Positions 1 through 10,418 are shown, counted from the stretch's first letter. The stretch is DNA of 64,000 bases from Clostridia bacterium (GCA_017547655.1 JAFYPF010000015.1:56922-120921), one strand, 5' to 3'. Notes: a model not told the origin generated them from the letters alone. Made by a program: numbers and translations.

Positions 1-1917
1 AAGTATCATATGATATGGACGAAGTTTTAACGGGTCTGATTTTTCGCCCATAATCCTGCCCATTTCTTCGGTATTTCTTGCGCCCTCTTTCTTGAGCTTT
101 TGACACATCACACCGAATATCTTTGCGAGCATTTCAGCATCGTTATAGGCTCTGTGGTGTCCAAATTCACCAAGGTCATAATAGTCTGCAATAATATTCA
201 ACTTATGCTTTTTCAAATCGGGATTCAAAAATCTCGACAAAGCAACGGTGTCAATATATGTCGGTTTAAAGTGTATCTTATAGTCCTCACACGCCTTTTT
301 AATAAAACCTATATCAAAAGAAGCGTTGTGCGCAATTAGTATTCTGTCCCCCGCAAACTCAAGAAAGCTTTTTACCGCCTCTTCGGTCTTGGGCGCACCT
401 TTAACCATTTCATCGGTTATGCCCGTCAGTTCAACTATATTCTGCGGTATGGGACACTCGGGGTCAACGTAAGTGCTGAAAATATCAAGTATTTCCCCGT
501 TTTTAAACTTTACTGCACCAATTTCGGTTATCTTACAGTTTTGCGCCGAAAGTCCTGTCGTTTCAATATCAAATATACAAAACTCATCATCGGTAAAATC
601 AGCATTATTATCCCCGTAAACAACACGTGCCGTATCGTCTACAAAGTAGGCTTCCATACCGTATATTACTTTCATTCCGGTCTTTTCGGAAGCATACATA
701 GCTCTCGGGAAAGCCTGAACGTTTCCGTGGTCTGTTATGGCAACAGCCTTATGTCCCCACTTTTGCGCAAGTTTTATTGCATCTTCGGGCGCAATAATAG
801 CGTCCATAGAAGACATACAAGTATGCAAGTGAAGTTCAACTCTATGTTCTTCGGATTTTTCTTTTCTCGCTATTTTCTTTATCTTTGCAATATCAAGCAC
901 ATTCATTACAAGCTCGTTTGCAAACTTGTCAAAACGCACATTGCCTCTTACCGCCAATACGTCACCGGAAGCAACCTCGCCCGTAATCTGCGCCTCGTGT
1001 GATTCAAGAACCATTTTACAGAAAATTGACGAATCATTATCAGTCATAGCAAATTCAAAGATAACCTTGTCGCCGTTTCTGTTCTCCTTTGCTTCAGCCT
1101 GAAATACCTCGCCGAATATTACTACCCTTCTCAAAGGCTTATCCAAAGCTCTCATAGGCACAGGATCAAGCTCGAACCTTTCACCGTATATGTATTCAGC
1201 CTCCGAGGTATCAAAGTCGGTATCTCCAACGTGAACAATTCCGCCGTCAAGCTTTTCAAGAACGTTTTCTTTTTCGCCAAGCGCCGTTACTCTTTCCAGC
1301 TTCTTTTCGTCGAGGTTATTTTCCGTTACCGTAGGGGCACTCCTTTGCTGTTCCTCATACTCTCTTGCAATTCTCTTGATTTCCTCGACGTATTTTATCT
1401 CTCTTTCTCTTATATCCGCAGAAAAATCATATCCCGAATTTTCATCACGTACAATTTCTATTTTATAATCAAGACCAAATTCGTCTTTGATTATACTTGA
1501 AATAACCTCGGGAGTCTTTGCGGAATACAAAAGCTCGATACCTCCGTTGGTAAAGGATATATTTATAGCTATTTTATCATCTTCGGTAACAAGTGTATAT
1601 TCATTGAAAAAGCCTCTTGATATAACACCCCGATGCCCCGCCTCGAGCAACACCTCCGACATATACTTTTCGGAAAAAAGCTCTTGACTGTATTTGGGAA
1701 TTATCCTGACACTGTTTAAAACGTATGCTTTTTTAATCGCCTCTTCAAAACCGTACAACCTCTTCTTGTCTATCAGCTTCTCAAATTTTGCCTCTGCCTC
1801 AACAATTTTCAGTTCACGGTTGACTCTAACGTTTTCAACAACGCCGAATTCCATTAGATCTACGTACTGTTCTTCGGGAGTATACCTATTAAACAGTTCT
1901 TTTAACTTCTTTGCCAT
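1..1917 (-). CDS. polC: DNA polymerase III PolC-type, N-terminal 639 codons (3' part lies beyond the left window edge)
   Basis: The minus-strand frame is open from the ATG at 1917 to base 1; it is missing from the ORF track because it has no stop in the window. My translation starts MAKKLKELFNRYTPEEQ. It contains PHP motifs HLHTCMSSMDA and AITDHGNVQAF, and DEDDh exonuclease motifs FDIETTGL and IAHNASFD. It lies directly downstream of ispG, as is usual in Clostridia. Confidence 0.9.
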   Translation of the reverse strand, partial: MAKKLKELFNRYTPEEQYVDLMEFGVVENVRVNRELKIVEAEAKFEKLIDKKRLYGFEEAIKKAYVLNSVRIIPKYSQELFSEKYMSEVLLEAGHRGVISRGFFNEYTLVTEDDKIAINISFTNGGIELLYSAKTPEVISSIIKDEFGLDYKIEIVRDENSGYDFSADIREREIKYVEEIKRIAREYEEQQRSAPTVTENNLDEKKLERVTALGEKENVLEKLDGGIVHVGDTDFDTSEAEYIYGERFELDPVPMRALDKPLRRVVIFGEVFQAEAKENRNGDKVIFEFAMTDNDSSIFCKMVLESHEAQITGEVASGDVLAVRGNVRFDKFANELVMNVLDIAKIKKIARKEKSEEHRVELHLHTCMSSMDAIIAPEDAIKLAQKWGHKAVAITDHGNVQAFPRAMYASEKTGMKVIYGMEAYFVDDTARVVYGDNNADFTDDEFCIFDIETTGLSAQNCKITEIGAVKFKNGEILDIFSTYVDPECPIPQNIVELTGITDEMVKGAPKTEEAVKSFLEFAGDRILIAHNASFDIGFIKKACEDYKIHFKPTYIDTVALSRFLNPDLKKHKLNIIADYYDLGEFGHHRAYNDAEMLAKIFGVMCQKLKKEGARNTEEMGRIMGEKSDPLKLRPYHMIL

Positions 1918-1931
1918 TACCTTTTCCCTTT

Positions 1932-3005
1932 TTACATTCTTTTTATTTCTTCAATAAGCTCGTCTATAATCCTGTTTTCGTCTATCTTTCGTACAATTTG
2001 ACCTTTCTTGAAGAGTACTGCCTCACCAATACCGCCCGCAATACCTATATCACATTCCCTTGCTTCTCCGGGCCCGTTTACAATGCAGCCCATTATAGCA
2101 ACGTCAATTTTTTTGCTTACTTTAAGGTCTGCCGTTCTTTTTTCAAATTCATTTGCAATACCAATCAAATCTATCTTCGTTCTTCCGCAAGTAGGACACG
2201 AAATAATGTTTATTCCGTTTTCTTCGACAATTCCAAGAGAAGAAAGTATAGCCTTTCCCTCTCTGACTTCTTCTGTAGGCTCTGCAGTCAACGATACTCG
2301 TATGGTATCTCCGATCCCGTCAAGCAAAAGACTTCCGATACCTGCCGCAGATTTTATAACGCCCTTATGTACGGTTCCCGCTTCTGTTACTCCTAGATGC
2401 AACGGATATTCCGTTTTTTCAGCAAGAATTCTGTTTGCAGTTATCATATCCGCAACACGAGATGACTTAACTGCAAAAATTATATTTGTAAAATCACTCT
2501 TCTCAAGAAGAGATGCATGATATAATGCACTTTCCGCCAAAGCCTCGCCCGACGGTCTTCCATATTTTTCAAGTATACTCTTTTCCAAAGAACCGCTGTT
2601 TACACCTATTCTTATGGGAATATTTTTCGAGTTACAAGCCTCAACAACCGCCTTAACCCTATCCTCATCACCAATATTACCTGGGTTAATTCTTATTTTA
2701 TCGGCTCCGGCATAAGCCGCCTCAATTGCCATTTTATAATCGAAATGTATATCCGCAACAATAGGAATATTTATATCGGAATTTTTCAAACGGTAAATTG
2801 TCTTTACAGCCTCCATATCTGGAACAGTCATTCTAACTATATCGCAACCAACACTCTCTAATTTTTTTATCTGACCGTATGTTGCATCAAAATCAGCAGA
2901 ATCGGTATTTGTCATAGACTGCACGGATATTTTTGAATCTCCGCCTATATATATATTCCCAACCTTTATTTTTTTGGATATACGTCTTTCCATTCTCTTC
3001 ACCAT
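1932..3005 (-). CDS. ispG: 4-hydroxy-3-methylbut-2-en-1-yl diphosphate synthase (flavodoxin)
   Basis: 357-aa ORF with a TIM-barrel N-terminal part (VQSMTNT) and C-terminal Fe-S Cys motifs CPTCGR and GCIVNGPGE. Lies in the MEP-pathway/rseP/dxr context. Confidence 0.93.
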   Translation of the reverse strand: MVKRMERRISKKIKVGNIYIGGDSKISVQSMTNTDSADFDATYGQIKKLESVGCDIVRMTVPDMEAVKTIYRLKNSDINIPIVADIHFDYKMAIEAAYAGADKIRINPGNIGDEDRVKAVVEACNSKNIPIRIGVNSGSLEKSILEKYGRPSGEALAESALYHASLLEKSDFTNIIFAVKSSRVADMITANRILAEKTEYPLHLGVTEAGTVHKGVIKSAAGIGSLLLDGIGDTIRVSLTAEPTEEVREGKAILSSLGIVEENGINIISCPTCGRTKIDLIGIANEFEKRTADLKVSKKIDVAIMGCIVNGPGEARECDIGIAGGIGEAVLFKKGQIVRKIDENRIIDELIEEIKRM

Positions 3006-3008
3006 CTT

Positions 3009-4031
3009 TTATTTAAACAAATTTTTTATATCGTTAAAGCCCACAAATACCATTAAAAGCATCAACAAACAAAGTCCCGCAAAATGAATATATCCCTCAA
3101 CCTCTCGCTTTACCGGTTTGCGAAAAATAAGCTCGTAAAGCATAAAAACAAATCGTCCGCCGTCAAGTGCGGGAAACGGAAGCATATTAAATATTCCGAG
3201 ATTTAAAGCAAGAAGCGCACACATATCGAGAAGATTTTTTATACCCATTTTGGCGGCATCGCCTATCGCCGACGTTACGCCTATCGGTCCCGACATCTGC
3301 TCAACGCCAACTTTTCCGGTCACAAGATATACAAGCGACTTCCATATAATGCCTACAGTAGATTTGCTGTAAAAATAGGTATGTTTTATAATACTGCCTA
3401 AAGTTCTGCTTTCTCCGTACACAGTAAAATCAATCTGCCCGAACACTAATCCCTTCTCGGTTATCTGACCAAAAATAACGTCTTCAAGCACAACCTTTTC
3501 GCCATTTCTTATTACGATTACATCAACAGGCTCTGCTCCCTCGAACATTATAGCTTCAAGCATATCGCGCCCCGTATAAACCTTTTGATTTCCAACCTTG
3601 ATTATCTCGTCGTTTACTTGAAGTCCGCGTTGTTCGGAGTTTGCATTTTCACTAAATTTTGCGACTATATTCGTTGCATTTAATTCATTTGAAGATACAA
3701 TCACAAGCACCGTCAATACGCCCACAAGCACGTTCATAAATGCACCCGCAGCAACAACTATCATTCTCTGCCATACGGGTTTATTATTCAAAGCATTCTC
3801 GTCGGTACTGTCCTCGTCTTCGCCTACCATACTTACGTAACCACCGATAGGCAAAAGCCTTAATGAATATACAGTTCCCGTCTTTTTCGATGTTCTCGAA
3901 AACATTTTCGGTCCCATACCGAGTGCAAATTCGTTTATACCTACGTTAAACATTCGGGCTGTCAAATAGTGCCCAAGCTCGTGTATAAATATTAAAAATC
4001 CAAATATAAGTATCGCTATAACTACAGTCAA
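3009..4031 (-). CDS. rseP: RIP (site-2) zinc metalloprotease RseP/RasP
   Basis: HELGHY zinc motif in the first TM segment, a central PDZ-like region, and a C-terminal FNMLPFPALDGG motif. Conserved position between dxr and ispG. TTG start preceded by AAGGGGAA. Confidence 0.9.
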   Translation of the reverse strand: MTVVIAILIFGFLIFIHELGHYLTARMFNVGINEFALGMGPKMFSRTSKKTGTVYSLRLLPIGGYVSMVGEDEDSTDENALNNKPVWQRMIVVAAGAFMNVLVGVLTVLVIVSSNELNATNIVAKFSENANSEQRGLQVNDEIIKVGNQKVYTGRDMLEAIMFEGAEPVDVIVIRNGEKVVLEDVIFGQITEKGLVFGQIDFTVYGESRTLGSIIKHTYFYSKSTVGIIWKSLVYLVTGKVGVEQMSGPIGVTSAIGDAAKMGIKNLLDMCALLALNLGIFNMLPFPALDGGRFVFMLYELIFRKPVKREVEGYIHFAGLCLLMLLMVFVGFNDIKNLFK

Positions 4032-4063
4032 TTCGCTTCCCCTTTTTAGTTATCTACCGTCAA

Positions 4064-5215
4064 TTACTGTTTTGATAATTCTCTCACCAATTCTCTTGCT
4101 TCCAAGTCAGCTTTCTCTATATCCTCAACAGTGGGATTATCTGTATTTTTATAGTTTGCAACAACATCTCTCACCAAATCCATAATATCCGTAAAAGCTA
4201 TCTTGTGATTTAAGAATAAGTAAACAGCCTCTTCATTAGCGCCGTTCAATACTGCGGGAATAAGTCCGCCCGCCCTCATCGACTTATATGCAAGGTCAAG
4301 AAGAACAAAAGTATTTTTGTCTGCCTCTGCAAAAGTCAGTTTACCAATCTTTGCAAGGTCAAGTTTTTCCTGCAGGCCCTCGTATCTATCGGGATAAGTC
4401 AAAGCATACTGTATGCAAGTACGCATATCGGGTACGCCCATTTGCGCCAAAACAGCATTATCAATATATTCAACCATTGAATGTATTATGCTCTCGCGGT
4501 GAACAACAACATCAACCCTATCTACGTCAACATTAAACAGATGACACGCTTCAATAACCTCAAAGCCCTTATTCATAAGAGTAGCCGAGTCTATCGTTAT
4601 TTTTTGTCCCATATTCCAAGTCGGATGAGCAAGAGCCATTTCAGGTGTTATATTTTTCAGTTCTTCTCTTTTTTTCCCAAAGAACGGTCCGCCAGAGGCG
4701 GTAAGAATAAGCCTGCTCACCTGTTTTGACGGATACCCCTCAAGACATTGGAATATAGCGCAATGCTCACTGTCAACAGGAAGAACGCTAACGTTTTTCC
4801 GTCTCGCCTTTTCCATAATGATAGTGCCCGCAGTAACCAAGGTTTCTTTATTTGCCAAAGCAACGTTTTTACCCGATTCAATTGCGGCTAAAGTGGGACG
4901 AAGCCCCGCCTTGCCTATTATTGAATTCAGGAACATATCGCACTTTACTTCAAATGCAAGTTCCTCAATAGCATTTTCTCCTCCGAGTATTACTGTTGAA
5001 GTATCTGAAACCTTGGATTTTAGTTCAAGCGCTTTTCTTTCGTCAAGCACTGCGCAAAATTCGGGTTTAAACTCTCTTATCTGCGCTTCGAGCCTGTCTA
5101 TATCCCCTCTTGCGGTCAATGCCTTAACTTTTATTTTATGCTTTCTGGCAACTTCTATACTCTGTCTGCCGATAGAACCGGTTGAGCCAAATATCGCAAC
5201 TGACTTTTCAAACAT
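4064..5215 (-). CDS. dxr: 1-deoxy-D-xylulose 5-phosphate reductoisomerase
   Basis: IFGSTGSIG NADPH-binding motif, plus LANKE and HPTWNMG motifs. I prefer the ATG at 5215 (MFEKSVAIFG) over the longest-ORF start at 5236. Confidence 0.93.
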   Translation of the reverse strand: MFEKSVAIFGSTGSIGRQSIEVARKHKIKVKALTARGDIDRLEAQIREFKPEFCAVLDERKALELKSKVSDTSTVILGGENAIEELAFEVKCDMFLNSIIGKAGLRPTLAAIESGKNVALANKETLVTAGTIIMEKARRKNVSVLPVDSEHCAIFQCLEGYPSKQVSRLILTASGGPFFGKKREELKNITPEMALAHPTWNMGQKITIDSATLMNKGFEVIEACHLFNVDVDRVDVVVHRESIIHSMVEYIDNAVLAQMGVPDMRTCIQYALTYPDRYEGLQEKLDLAKIGKLTFAEADKNTFVLLDLAYKSMRAGGLIPAVLNGANEEAVYLFLNHKIAFTDIMDLVRDVVANYKNTDNPTVEDIEKADLEARELVRELSKQ

Positions 5216-5232
5216 AATTCTACCCCGTCTTT

Positions 5233-6066
5233 TCAATAAAACAAACGAAATATTCCCGACAAGTCAAACATCAGCAAAACAAACGGCGCTGATGCGATTA
5301 CAGAATCAAATCTGTCTAAAACTCCGCCGTGTCCCGGCATAAGCTTTCCATAATCTTTTATACCGTATTTTCTCTTTATCAAAGAAAATACAAGGTCTCC
5401 ACACTGAGAAACAACAGACAACACTACGCCTACGCATACAAACGCAAGATAATTTGCCTTGATACTACCCACAAATCTCGTCAATACGAATCCATATAAT
5501 ATAAGCGAAAGTGTACAGAAAATAATACCGCCAATAGCCCCCTCAACAGTCTTTTTAGGGCTAACGTCGGGAATTAGCTTATGTTTTCCGAAAAAGTATC
5601 CCGTAAAATATGCAAAAATATCTGTCATCCAAGGACAAATAAACACAAGAAGGTATATGTATTGACCGTATTGATAGTCCCTAAGTAAAACAATGCTCGA
5701 AAAACCGTTAACTATAAACACTATGGCAACGTAAACCATTGCCATTACCGAAATATCTTTTTTCCCCTTTGAAAAAACCGCTATTACCGCTAAATAGAAC
5801 ACAAACACAACCAACACCTTGTGAGAAAAGTTAAAGAAGGCTTGTTCGTTTCCGTAAACCCTTGCGCATATCGGTAAAAGCCCCCCAATAAAGCAAGAGG
5901 GTAAAATTACCCAAAGACTTTTTTCGCCTATACATTTCAACATCTCATAAACACCCAATGCAGATGCTATGGCAAGTACTATCGGAAAAATAAGTGTGTC
6001 GGAAAAAATCAAAAACGGCAAAAATACAATTGTGCATATCACCGCAGTTATTATTCTTGTCTTCAT
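5233..6066 (-). CDS. cdsA: phosphatidate cytidylyltransferase (CDP-diglyceride synthase)
   Basis: Polytopic membrane protein with the C-terminal signature SLIKRKYGIKDYGKLMPGHGGVLDRFDS. Sits in uppS-cdsA-dxr synteny. Confidence 0.88.
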   Translation of the reverse strand: MKTRIITAVICTIVFLPFLIFSDTLIFPIVLAIASALGVYEMLKCIGEKSLWVILPSCFIGGLLPICARVYGNEQAFFNFSHKVLVVFVFYLAVIAVFSKGKKDISVMAMVYVAIVFIVNGFSSIVLLRDYQYGQYIYLLVFICPWMTDIFAYFTGYFFGKHKLIPDVSPKKTVEGAIGGIIFCTLSLILYGFVLTRFVGSIKANYLAFVCVGVVLSVVSQCGDLVFSLIKRKYGIKDYGKLMPGHGGVLDRFDSVIASAPFVLLMFDLSGIFRLFY

Positions 6067-6090
6067 CTTAAAATAAATCTCCGTAAAATT

Positions 6091-6819
6091 TTATACAACA
6101 GCGCCGAACCTTCTTGTTCGTCTGTAAAATGCTTCAACAGCTTTATCTACGTCACTTTCCGAAAAATCAGGCCAAAGCACGTCGGTAAAATAAAGCTCCG
6201 AATAAGCCCCCTGCCATAACAAGAAGTTTGACGTACGTATTTCCCCTGCAGTTCTTACTATCAAGTCGGGAGGCGGACAGTGAGACGTATAGAGATTAGC
6301 TTCTATATCAGCCTCTGTTATATTTTCTTTGCCCTGCTCAATAAGCTTGTTTACAGCGTGTACTATTTCATCTCTGCCGCCGTAATTCAAAGCAACGTTA
6401 AGTATCTTACTGTACTTTGACGAATCGCTTTCAGCCCTTTCAAGTCTTGCGCGGAGTTCCGGCGTAAATCTGCTCTTGTCTCCGAGAAAATGAACCTGAA
6501 TATTATCCTTTTCCATTACTGTATAAAGATAATCTATGTACTGACCGAGAAGTTCCATAATTGCATTTACTTCATTTTCGGGCCTCTTCCAGTTTTCGGT
6601 AGAAAATGCGTATACAGTAACGCAGTTTATGTTGATTGAGCCGCAATATTTAACTATGTTCTTCATAGTTTCAGCGCCCTTTTTATGTCCGAACTCGCGG
6701 GGCATCCCCTTACCCTTTGCCCATCTGCCGTTTCCGTCCATAATAAAGGCTATATGACGAAGGCTGTCGTCGGCAGTTATCTTCGTCTTTTTTTCTTGTT
6801 TTTTCTTTATGCCAAACAT
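6091..6819 (-). CDS. uppS: isoprenyl transferase (undecaprenyl diphosphate synthase)
   Basis: HIAFIMDGNGRWA and RTSNFLLWQ motifs. The start at 6819 (MFGIKKK) follows GGAGAAAAAT; the longest ORF extends to 6870. Confidence 0.92.
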   Translation of the reverse strand: MFGIKKKQEKKTKITADDSLRHIAFIMDGNGRWAKGKGMPREFGHKKGAETMKNIVKYCGSININCVTVYAFSTENWKRPENEVNAIMELLGQYIDYLYTVMEKDNIQVHFLGDKSRFTPELRARLERAESDSSKYSKILNVALNYGGRDEIVHAVNKLIEQGKENITEADIEANLYTSHCPPPDLIVRTAGEIRTSNFLLWQGAYSELYFTDVLWPDFSESDVDKAVEAFYRRTRRFGAVV

Positions 6820-6885
6820 ATTTTTCTCCATAAAAATACGGGCATATGTCTGTTTTATGCAGACACACACCCGTATATATTTTTG

Positions 6886-7440
6886 TCAGATATCCATGAT
6901 TTCCTTTGATTTACGGGTTGTTATGGCATCTATTTCCTTGATATACTTGTCTGTAAGATCCTGTATTTCTTTTTCAGACTGCTTCTGTTCGTCTTCCGTC
7001 ATTTCATTCTTTTTCTTCATATCTTTAACCTTATCGTTAAAGTCACGACGAATATTTCTTACAGCAACCTTTGCATCTTCACCCATTTTTGCAACCTGCT
7101 TGGAAAGCTCCTTACGTCTTTCTTCTGTAAGCTGGGGGAATGTAAGTCGGAGAACCTTACCGTCATTTGCGGGGGTAATTCCGAGGTCTGATGCCGCAAT
7201 TGCACGGTCAATGCTCTTCAAAGTTGTTGCATCCCAAGGAGAAATTACGATAGTTCTTGCATCAACTACCTTAACTTCAGACATCTGGTTAATCTGTGTG
7301 GGAACACCATAGTAGTCGACCGTAATCTTGCTCAAAACCGCAGGATTAGCTCTGCCTACTCTTATACCTTCAAGCTCGGTTTCGTAAGAACCGATTGATT
7401 TTTGCATCTTGCTTTCATAATCTTTTGTTGCGAGTTTCAT
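6886..7440 (-). CDS. frr: ribosome recycling factor
   Basis: 184-aa protein with typical RRF sequence (GRANPAVL, ITPANDG, LTEERRKEL). Sits in pyrH-frr synteny. Confidence 0.95.
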   Translation of the reverse strand: MKLATKDYESKMQKSIGSYETELEGIRVGRANPAVLSKITVDYYGVPTQINQMSEVKVVDARTIVISPWDATTLKSIDRAIAASDLGITPANDGKVLRLTFPQLTEERRKELSKQVAKMGEDAKVAVRNIRRDFNDKVKDMKKKNEMTEDEQKQSEKEIQDLTDKYIKEIDAITTRKSKEIMDI

Positions 7441-7484
7441 GATAAATTTCCTCCGTTTATTTTAACTGTTAAAATTTTTACTTT

Positions 7485-8207
7485 TTATTTCAAAACCGTA
7501 CCAATTTTTTCGCCGTTAACAACACGAATAATATTTTCGGGATCGTCAAGGGCAAACATCTGTATGGTAAGTTTGTTTTCGAGTCCAAATGACGCCGCTG
7601 TCCAGTCAAGCGCCTTAAGTCCTTTGTTGAGTATATCAACGTAACTAATCTCGTCAAGCTTCTTTGCATTCTTATCAACCTTGGGATCGGCAGTATATAC
7701 ACCGTCAATATTCTTCGCCATAAGAACTGCATCGGCATTTATTTCGGCAGCTCTGAGCACTGCGCCCGTATCCGTTGAGAAATAAGGGCAACCTGTACCG
7801 CCGCCGAATATAACAATCTTTCCGTTTTCAAGATGCTTTACAGCGTCTCTCTGTGTAAACGAATCTGCTATTCTTTCCATATCAATCGCAGTCATAACAA
7901 CCGCTTCTGCGCCAACTTCTTCAAACCCCTGCTGAAGAGCCAAAGAATTGATAACCGTTGCAAGCATACCCATGTGGTCTGCTCTGCTTCTGTTCATATT
8001 AGCGCCCTGTCTGCCGCCGCGCCATATATTGCCGCCACCGACAACAATCGCTACCTGAACGCCCATACCGACGCATTTTTTTACGGTCGAGCATACTTCA
8101 TTTATAAAATCATAATTGAGAATTTCTCCCTTTCCACATTCCTTAGCCAAAGCTTCTCCGGAAAGCTTAAGGAGTATTCTCTTATATACGGGGGTTGTGT
8201 TCGACAT
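7485..8207 (-). CDS. pyrH: UMP kinase
   Basis: ILLKLSGEAL and VVGGGNIWRG motifs. The start at 8207 follows GGGAGGACAAAACA. Confidence 0.95.
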   Translation of the reverse strand: MSNTTPVYKRILLKLSGEALAKECGKGEILNYDFINEVCSTVKKCVGMGVQVAIVVGGGNIWRGGRQGANMNRSRADHMGMLATVINSLALQQGFEEVGAEAVVMTAIDMERIADSFTQRDAVKHLENGKIVIFGGGTGCPYFSTDTGAVLRAAEINADAVLMAKNIDGVYTADPKVDKNAKKLDEISYVDILNKGLKALDWTAASFGLENKLTIQMFALDDPENIIRVVNGEKIGTVLK

Positions 8208-8386
8208 TGTTTTGTCCTCCCATTTTTGCATACTATTTCTATCTTACATATTTTACCCTAAAAATTGCATTTTGTAAATATGTTTTAATAAATTTGTATA
8301 TATAATAATAAACAAAATTTTGTCATACTTCTTGTAACAATAATTAAAGCGTACTTCTCACCTAAAAAGTACGCTTTAATAGTTAT

Positions 8387-9172
8387 TTAATTCAAACTAA
8401 AATATGCGGCGTTTACGCAAGGACCGGTATATGTCTTATAGTCCATATCATATACCGCAATGCTACCCGCACACTCTCCGTAAACAGTTACTTTATCTCC
8501 AACAGTCAAATTCTCAACACCCGATTGAATACAGCTGCGCACCAAAATAGTAAACTCAACACCTGCCGCATTTTTATACGTGCAAACGTAGTAATCGTTA
8601 TACTTTTTGTTACTGTACTCCCCCTCGATATCTGTAAATTTGTCCTTAACCGAAAGTTCCATTTTTACAAACTTCTTCTTGTATGAGTCGGGGTTTCTGA
8701 AATAGTCGTCTGGCGACAAGTTTTCACACTTTGAAACGTATTCGCTGAAGGTAAGCGAAATATTAACAGGTCTTTCAAAATAGTTTTGAACAGAATCTAC
8801 CATATTAGTTAATCCATATCCCGAGGCCAAAGTATATACCACCGCAATTGCAATTACGGCAATTTTTATTTTCTTGCTGTGGGGACTTCCAACAAGCAAA
8901 ATAATGCCCATTATGGGGAAAATAATAAGCATAACTATTATAAACCACCATTGATGATACCAGTCTACATACTGAACGGCTTTCGACTTTCCGTTTCTTG
9001 ATTTTTTCTTTTTAACGGTCTTTCGATTCCCCGCCCTCATTTCTTCAGGGCATACTTTACCGCAAATAGGGCAGTTATCTTGCGGGAAATAGCACTCGCA
9101 ATCGGGACATTTGTTTAAATCCGGTCTGTCGAGCTCATTATCGTCCATAAAAGAACCTATAAATCTTCCCAT
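8387..9172 (-). CDS. hypothetical membrane protein with an N-terminal zinc-ribbon
   Basis: The N-terminus has CPDCEC-x8-CPICGKVC (4-6 Cys), then a Lys-rich linker, two predicted TM helices, and a roughly 150-aa extracytoplasmic domain. I recognise no family. Confidence 0.5.
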   Translation of the reverse strand: MGRFIGSFMDDNELDRPDLNKCPDCECYFPQDNCPICGKVCPEEMRAGNRKTVKKKKSRNGKSKAVQYVDWYHQWWFIIVMLIIFPIMGIILLVGSPHSKKIKIAVIAIAVVYTLASGYGLTNMVDSVQNYFERPVNISLTFSEYVSKCENLSPDDYFRNPDSYKKKFVKMELSVKDKFTDIEGEYSNKKYNDYYVCTYKNAAGVEFTILVRSCIQSGVENLTVGDKVTVYGECAGSIAVYDMDYKTYTGPCVNAAYFSLN

Positions 9173-9199
9173 AACAACATCCTTTCTTTATTTACGGTT

Positions 9200-10063
9200 T
9201 TACGACTTTCTGTAATCCATAGGCGAACAAGAATAATATTTTGTAAACTGTCTGTAGAAATCACTTGCGTTTTTAAATCCAACGCACTCGGATATTTCGT
9301 TTACTGTTTTATCTGTAGCCTTAAGAAGTGCCGATCCTACCTTTGCTCTGAATTTCAAAGTATAGTTGTACGGCGACATTCCCGTACACTTTTTGAAAAT
9401 TCTCGTAAAATGCGATTCACTCAAATTACATATATCAGCCAACTCCGAAACCGCAATAGATTCATCAAATCTAAAAGCAATTTCTTTCAACGCCGGCATA
9501 ATGTTGTATGCATCAACCTGCTCTGCATTTCTTATATTTTCAGCTTCGGCAGACTCTTCGGGAACAGCCCCCTGTCTGTTTGTCAAAAGAGAAAACGTAT
9601 AGAAATACAAGGTTGCAAGGCGTTCGTATTCATCTCGTCTTGTCTTACCCTCTGAAACTATCTTTTTGAGCAAAGAGTTAAGCTCGGACTCATTTTCTTG
9701 TGTACATATACAGCTCTTCGGCAACAAAAGTTCGGGATATTTGTTTCTCATCTCAAAAGGATCAAAATATATAAATTCCCAATTACAATTACTTCTTTTT
9801 ATACTCTTTGAACAATGAATAATATCGGGAGCAATTATAACAGTATCTCCCTCTTTTACCGCATATATATCGTTTTCAAGCAAAAATACACCGTTTCCGG
9901 ATAAACATACACCTATCTGATAGCTTGAATGATAATGCATTGACGGTATATTACTGTCTGGTAAATCCTGGTTTTCCGGAAATCCATAGAAGCACCTGTT
10001 TTCGGGAGGATTAAAAGGCGCGTATTCAACGGGATAATCCGTTATCATAATTCTCTTTGGCAT
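9200..10063 (-). CDS. AraC-family transcriptional regulator with an N-terminal cupin sensor domain
   Basis: The C-terminus has two HTH units (SHFTRIFKKCTGMSPYNY and FKNASDFYRQFTKYYSCSP). The N-terminus is cupin-like (HYHSSYQIG, GDTVIIAP). The ATG at 10063 follows GGAGGG. Confidence 0.8.
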   Translation of the reverse strand: MPKRIMITDYPVEYAPFNPPENRCFYGFPENQDLPDSNIPSMHYHSSYQIGVCLSGNGVFLLENDIYAVKEGDTVIIAPDIIHCSKSIKRSNCNWEFIYFDPFEMRNKYPELLLPKSCICTQENESELNSLLKKIVSEGKTRRDEYERLATLYFYTFSLLTNRQGAVPEESAEAENIRNAEQVDAYNIMPALKEIAFRFDESIAVSELADICNLSESHFTRIFKKCTGMSPYNYTLKFRAKVGSALLKATDKTVNEISECVGFKNASDFYRQFTKYYSCSPMDYRKS

Positions 10064-10160
10064 CAATGTCCCTCCAAAGTTCTTTTTCAAACTCTACATC
10101 ACTTTAATTATACCTTTTTTAGCGTATTCTGTCAAGTTCTCACAGAACATTGGAAGATTT

Positions 10161-10418
10161 TTATTGTTTTTTATACTTTCTTTTTGTGGCTTCGCCCCCT
10201 CTTATATGCCTTTCAGCTTTGTTAATATCAAGTATTCTTTTAACCTGAACGTACACTGCGGGATTAATATATTTCAATTTACTTATTAAATCTTTATGTA
10301 CCGTACTCTTACTAATTCCGAAAACTGCAGCCGCTTGTCTGACGGTTGCATTGTTGTCGATTATATACGAAGCAAACATTTCACATCTTTCTCTAAATTT
10401 TGAATTATATGAATTCAT
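10161..10418 (-). CDS. spoIIID: stage III sporulation protein D (mother-cell transcription factor)
   Basis: 85 aa. The HTH (VRQAAAVFGISKSTVHKDL) and C-terminal HIRGGEATKRKYK are near-identical in pattern to SpoIIID proteins. Confidence 0.85.
   Translation of the reverse strand: MNSYNSKFRERCEMFASYIIDNNATVRQAAAVFGISKSTVHKDLISKLKYINPAVYVQVKRILDINKAERHIRGGEATKRKYKKQ

Noticed and set aside
100-2396. A chain of short plus-strand ORFs (79-170 aa) in the first 2.4 kb
   Set aside because: All are antisense to the polC and ispG frames. The real gene (polC) is absent from the ORF track only because it runs off the window edge.
1-8231. The polC-ispG-rseP-dxr-cdsA-uppS-frr-pyrH block as something unusual
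   Set aside because: This is the conserved Firmicutes/Clostridia arrangement. Only the absence of tsf-rpsB upstream is slightly atypical, and that is covered under the 8387-9172 finding.
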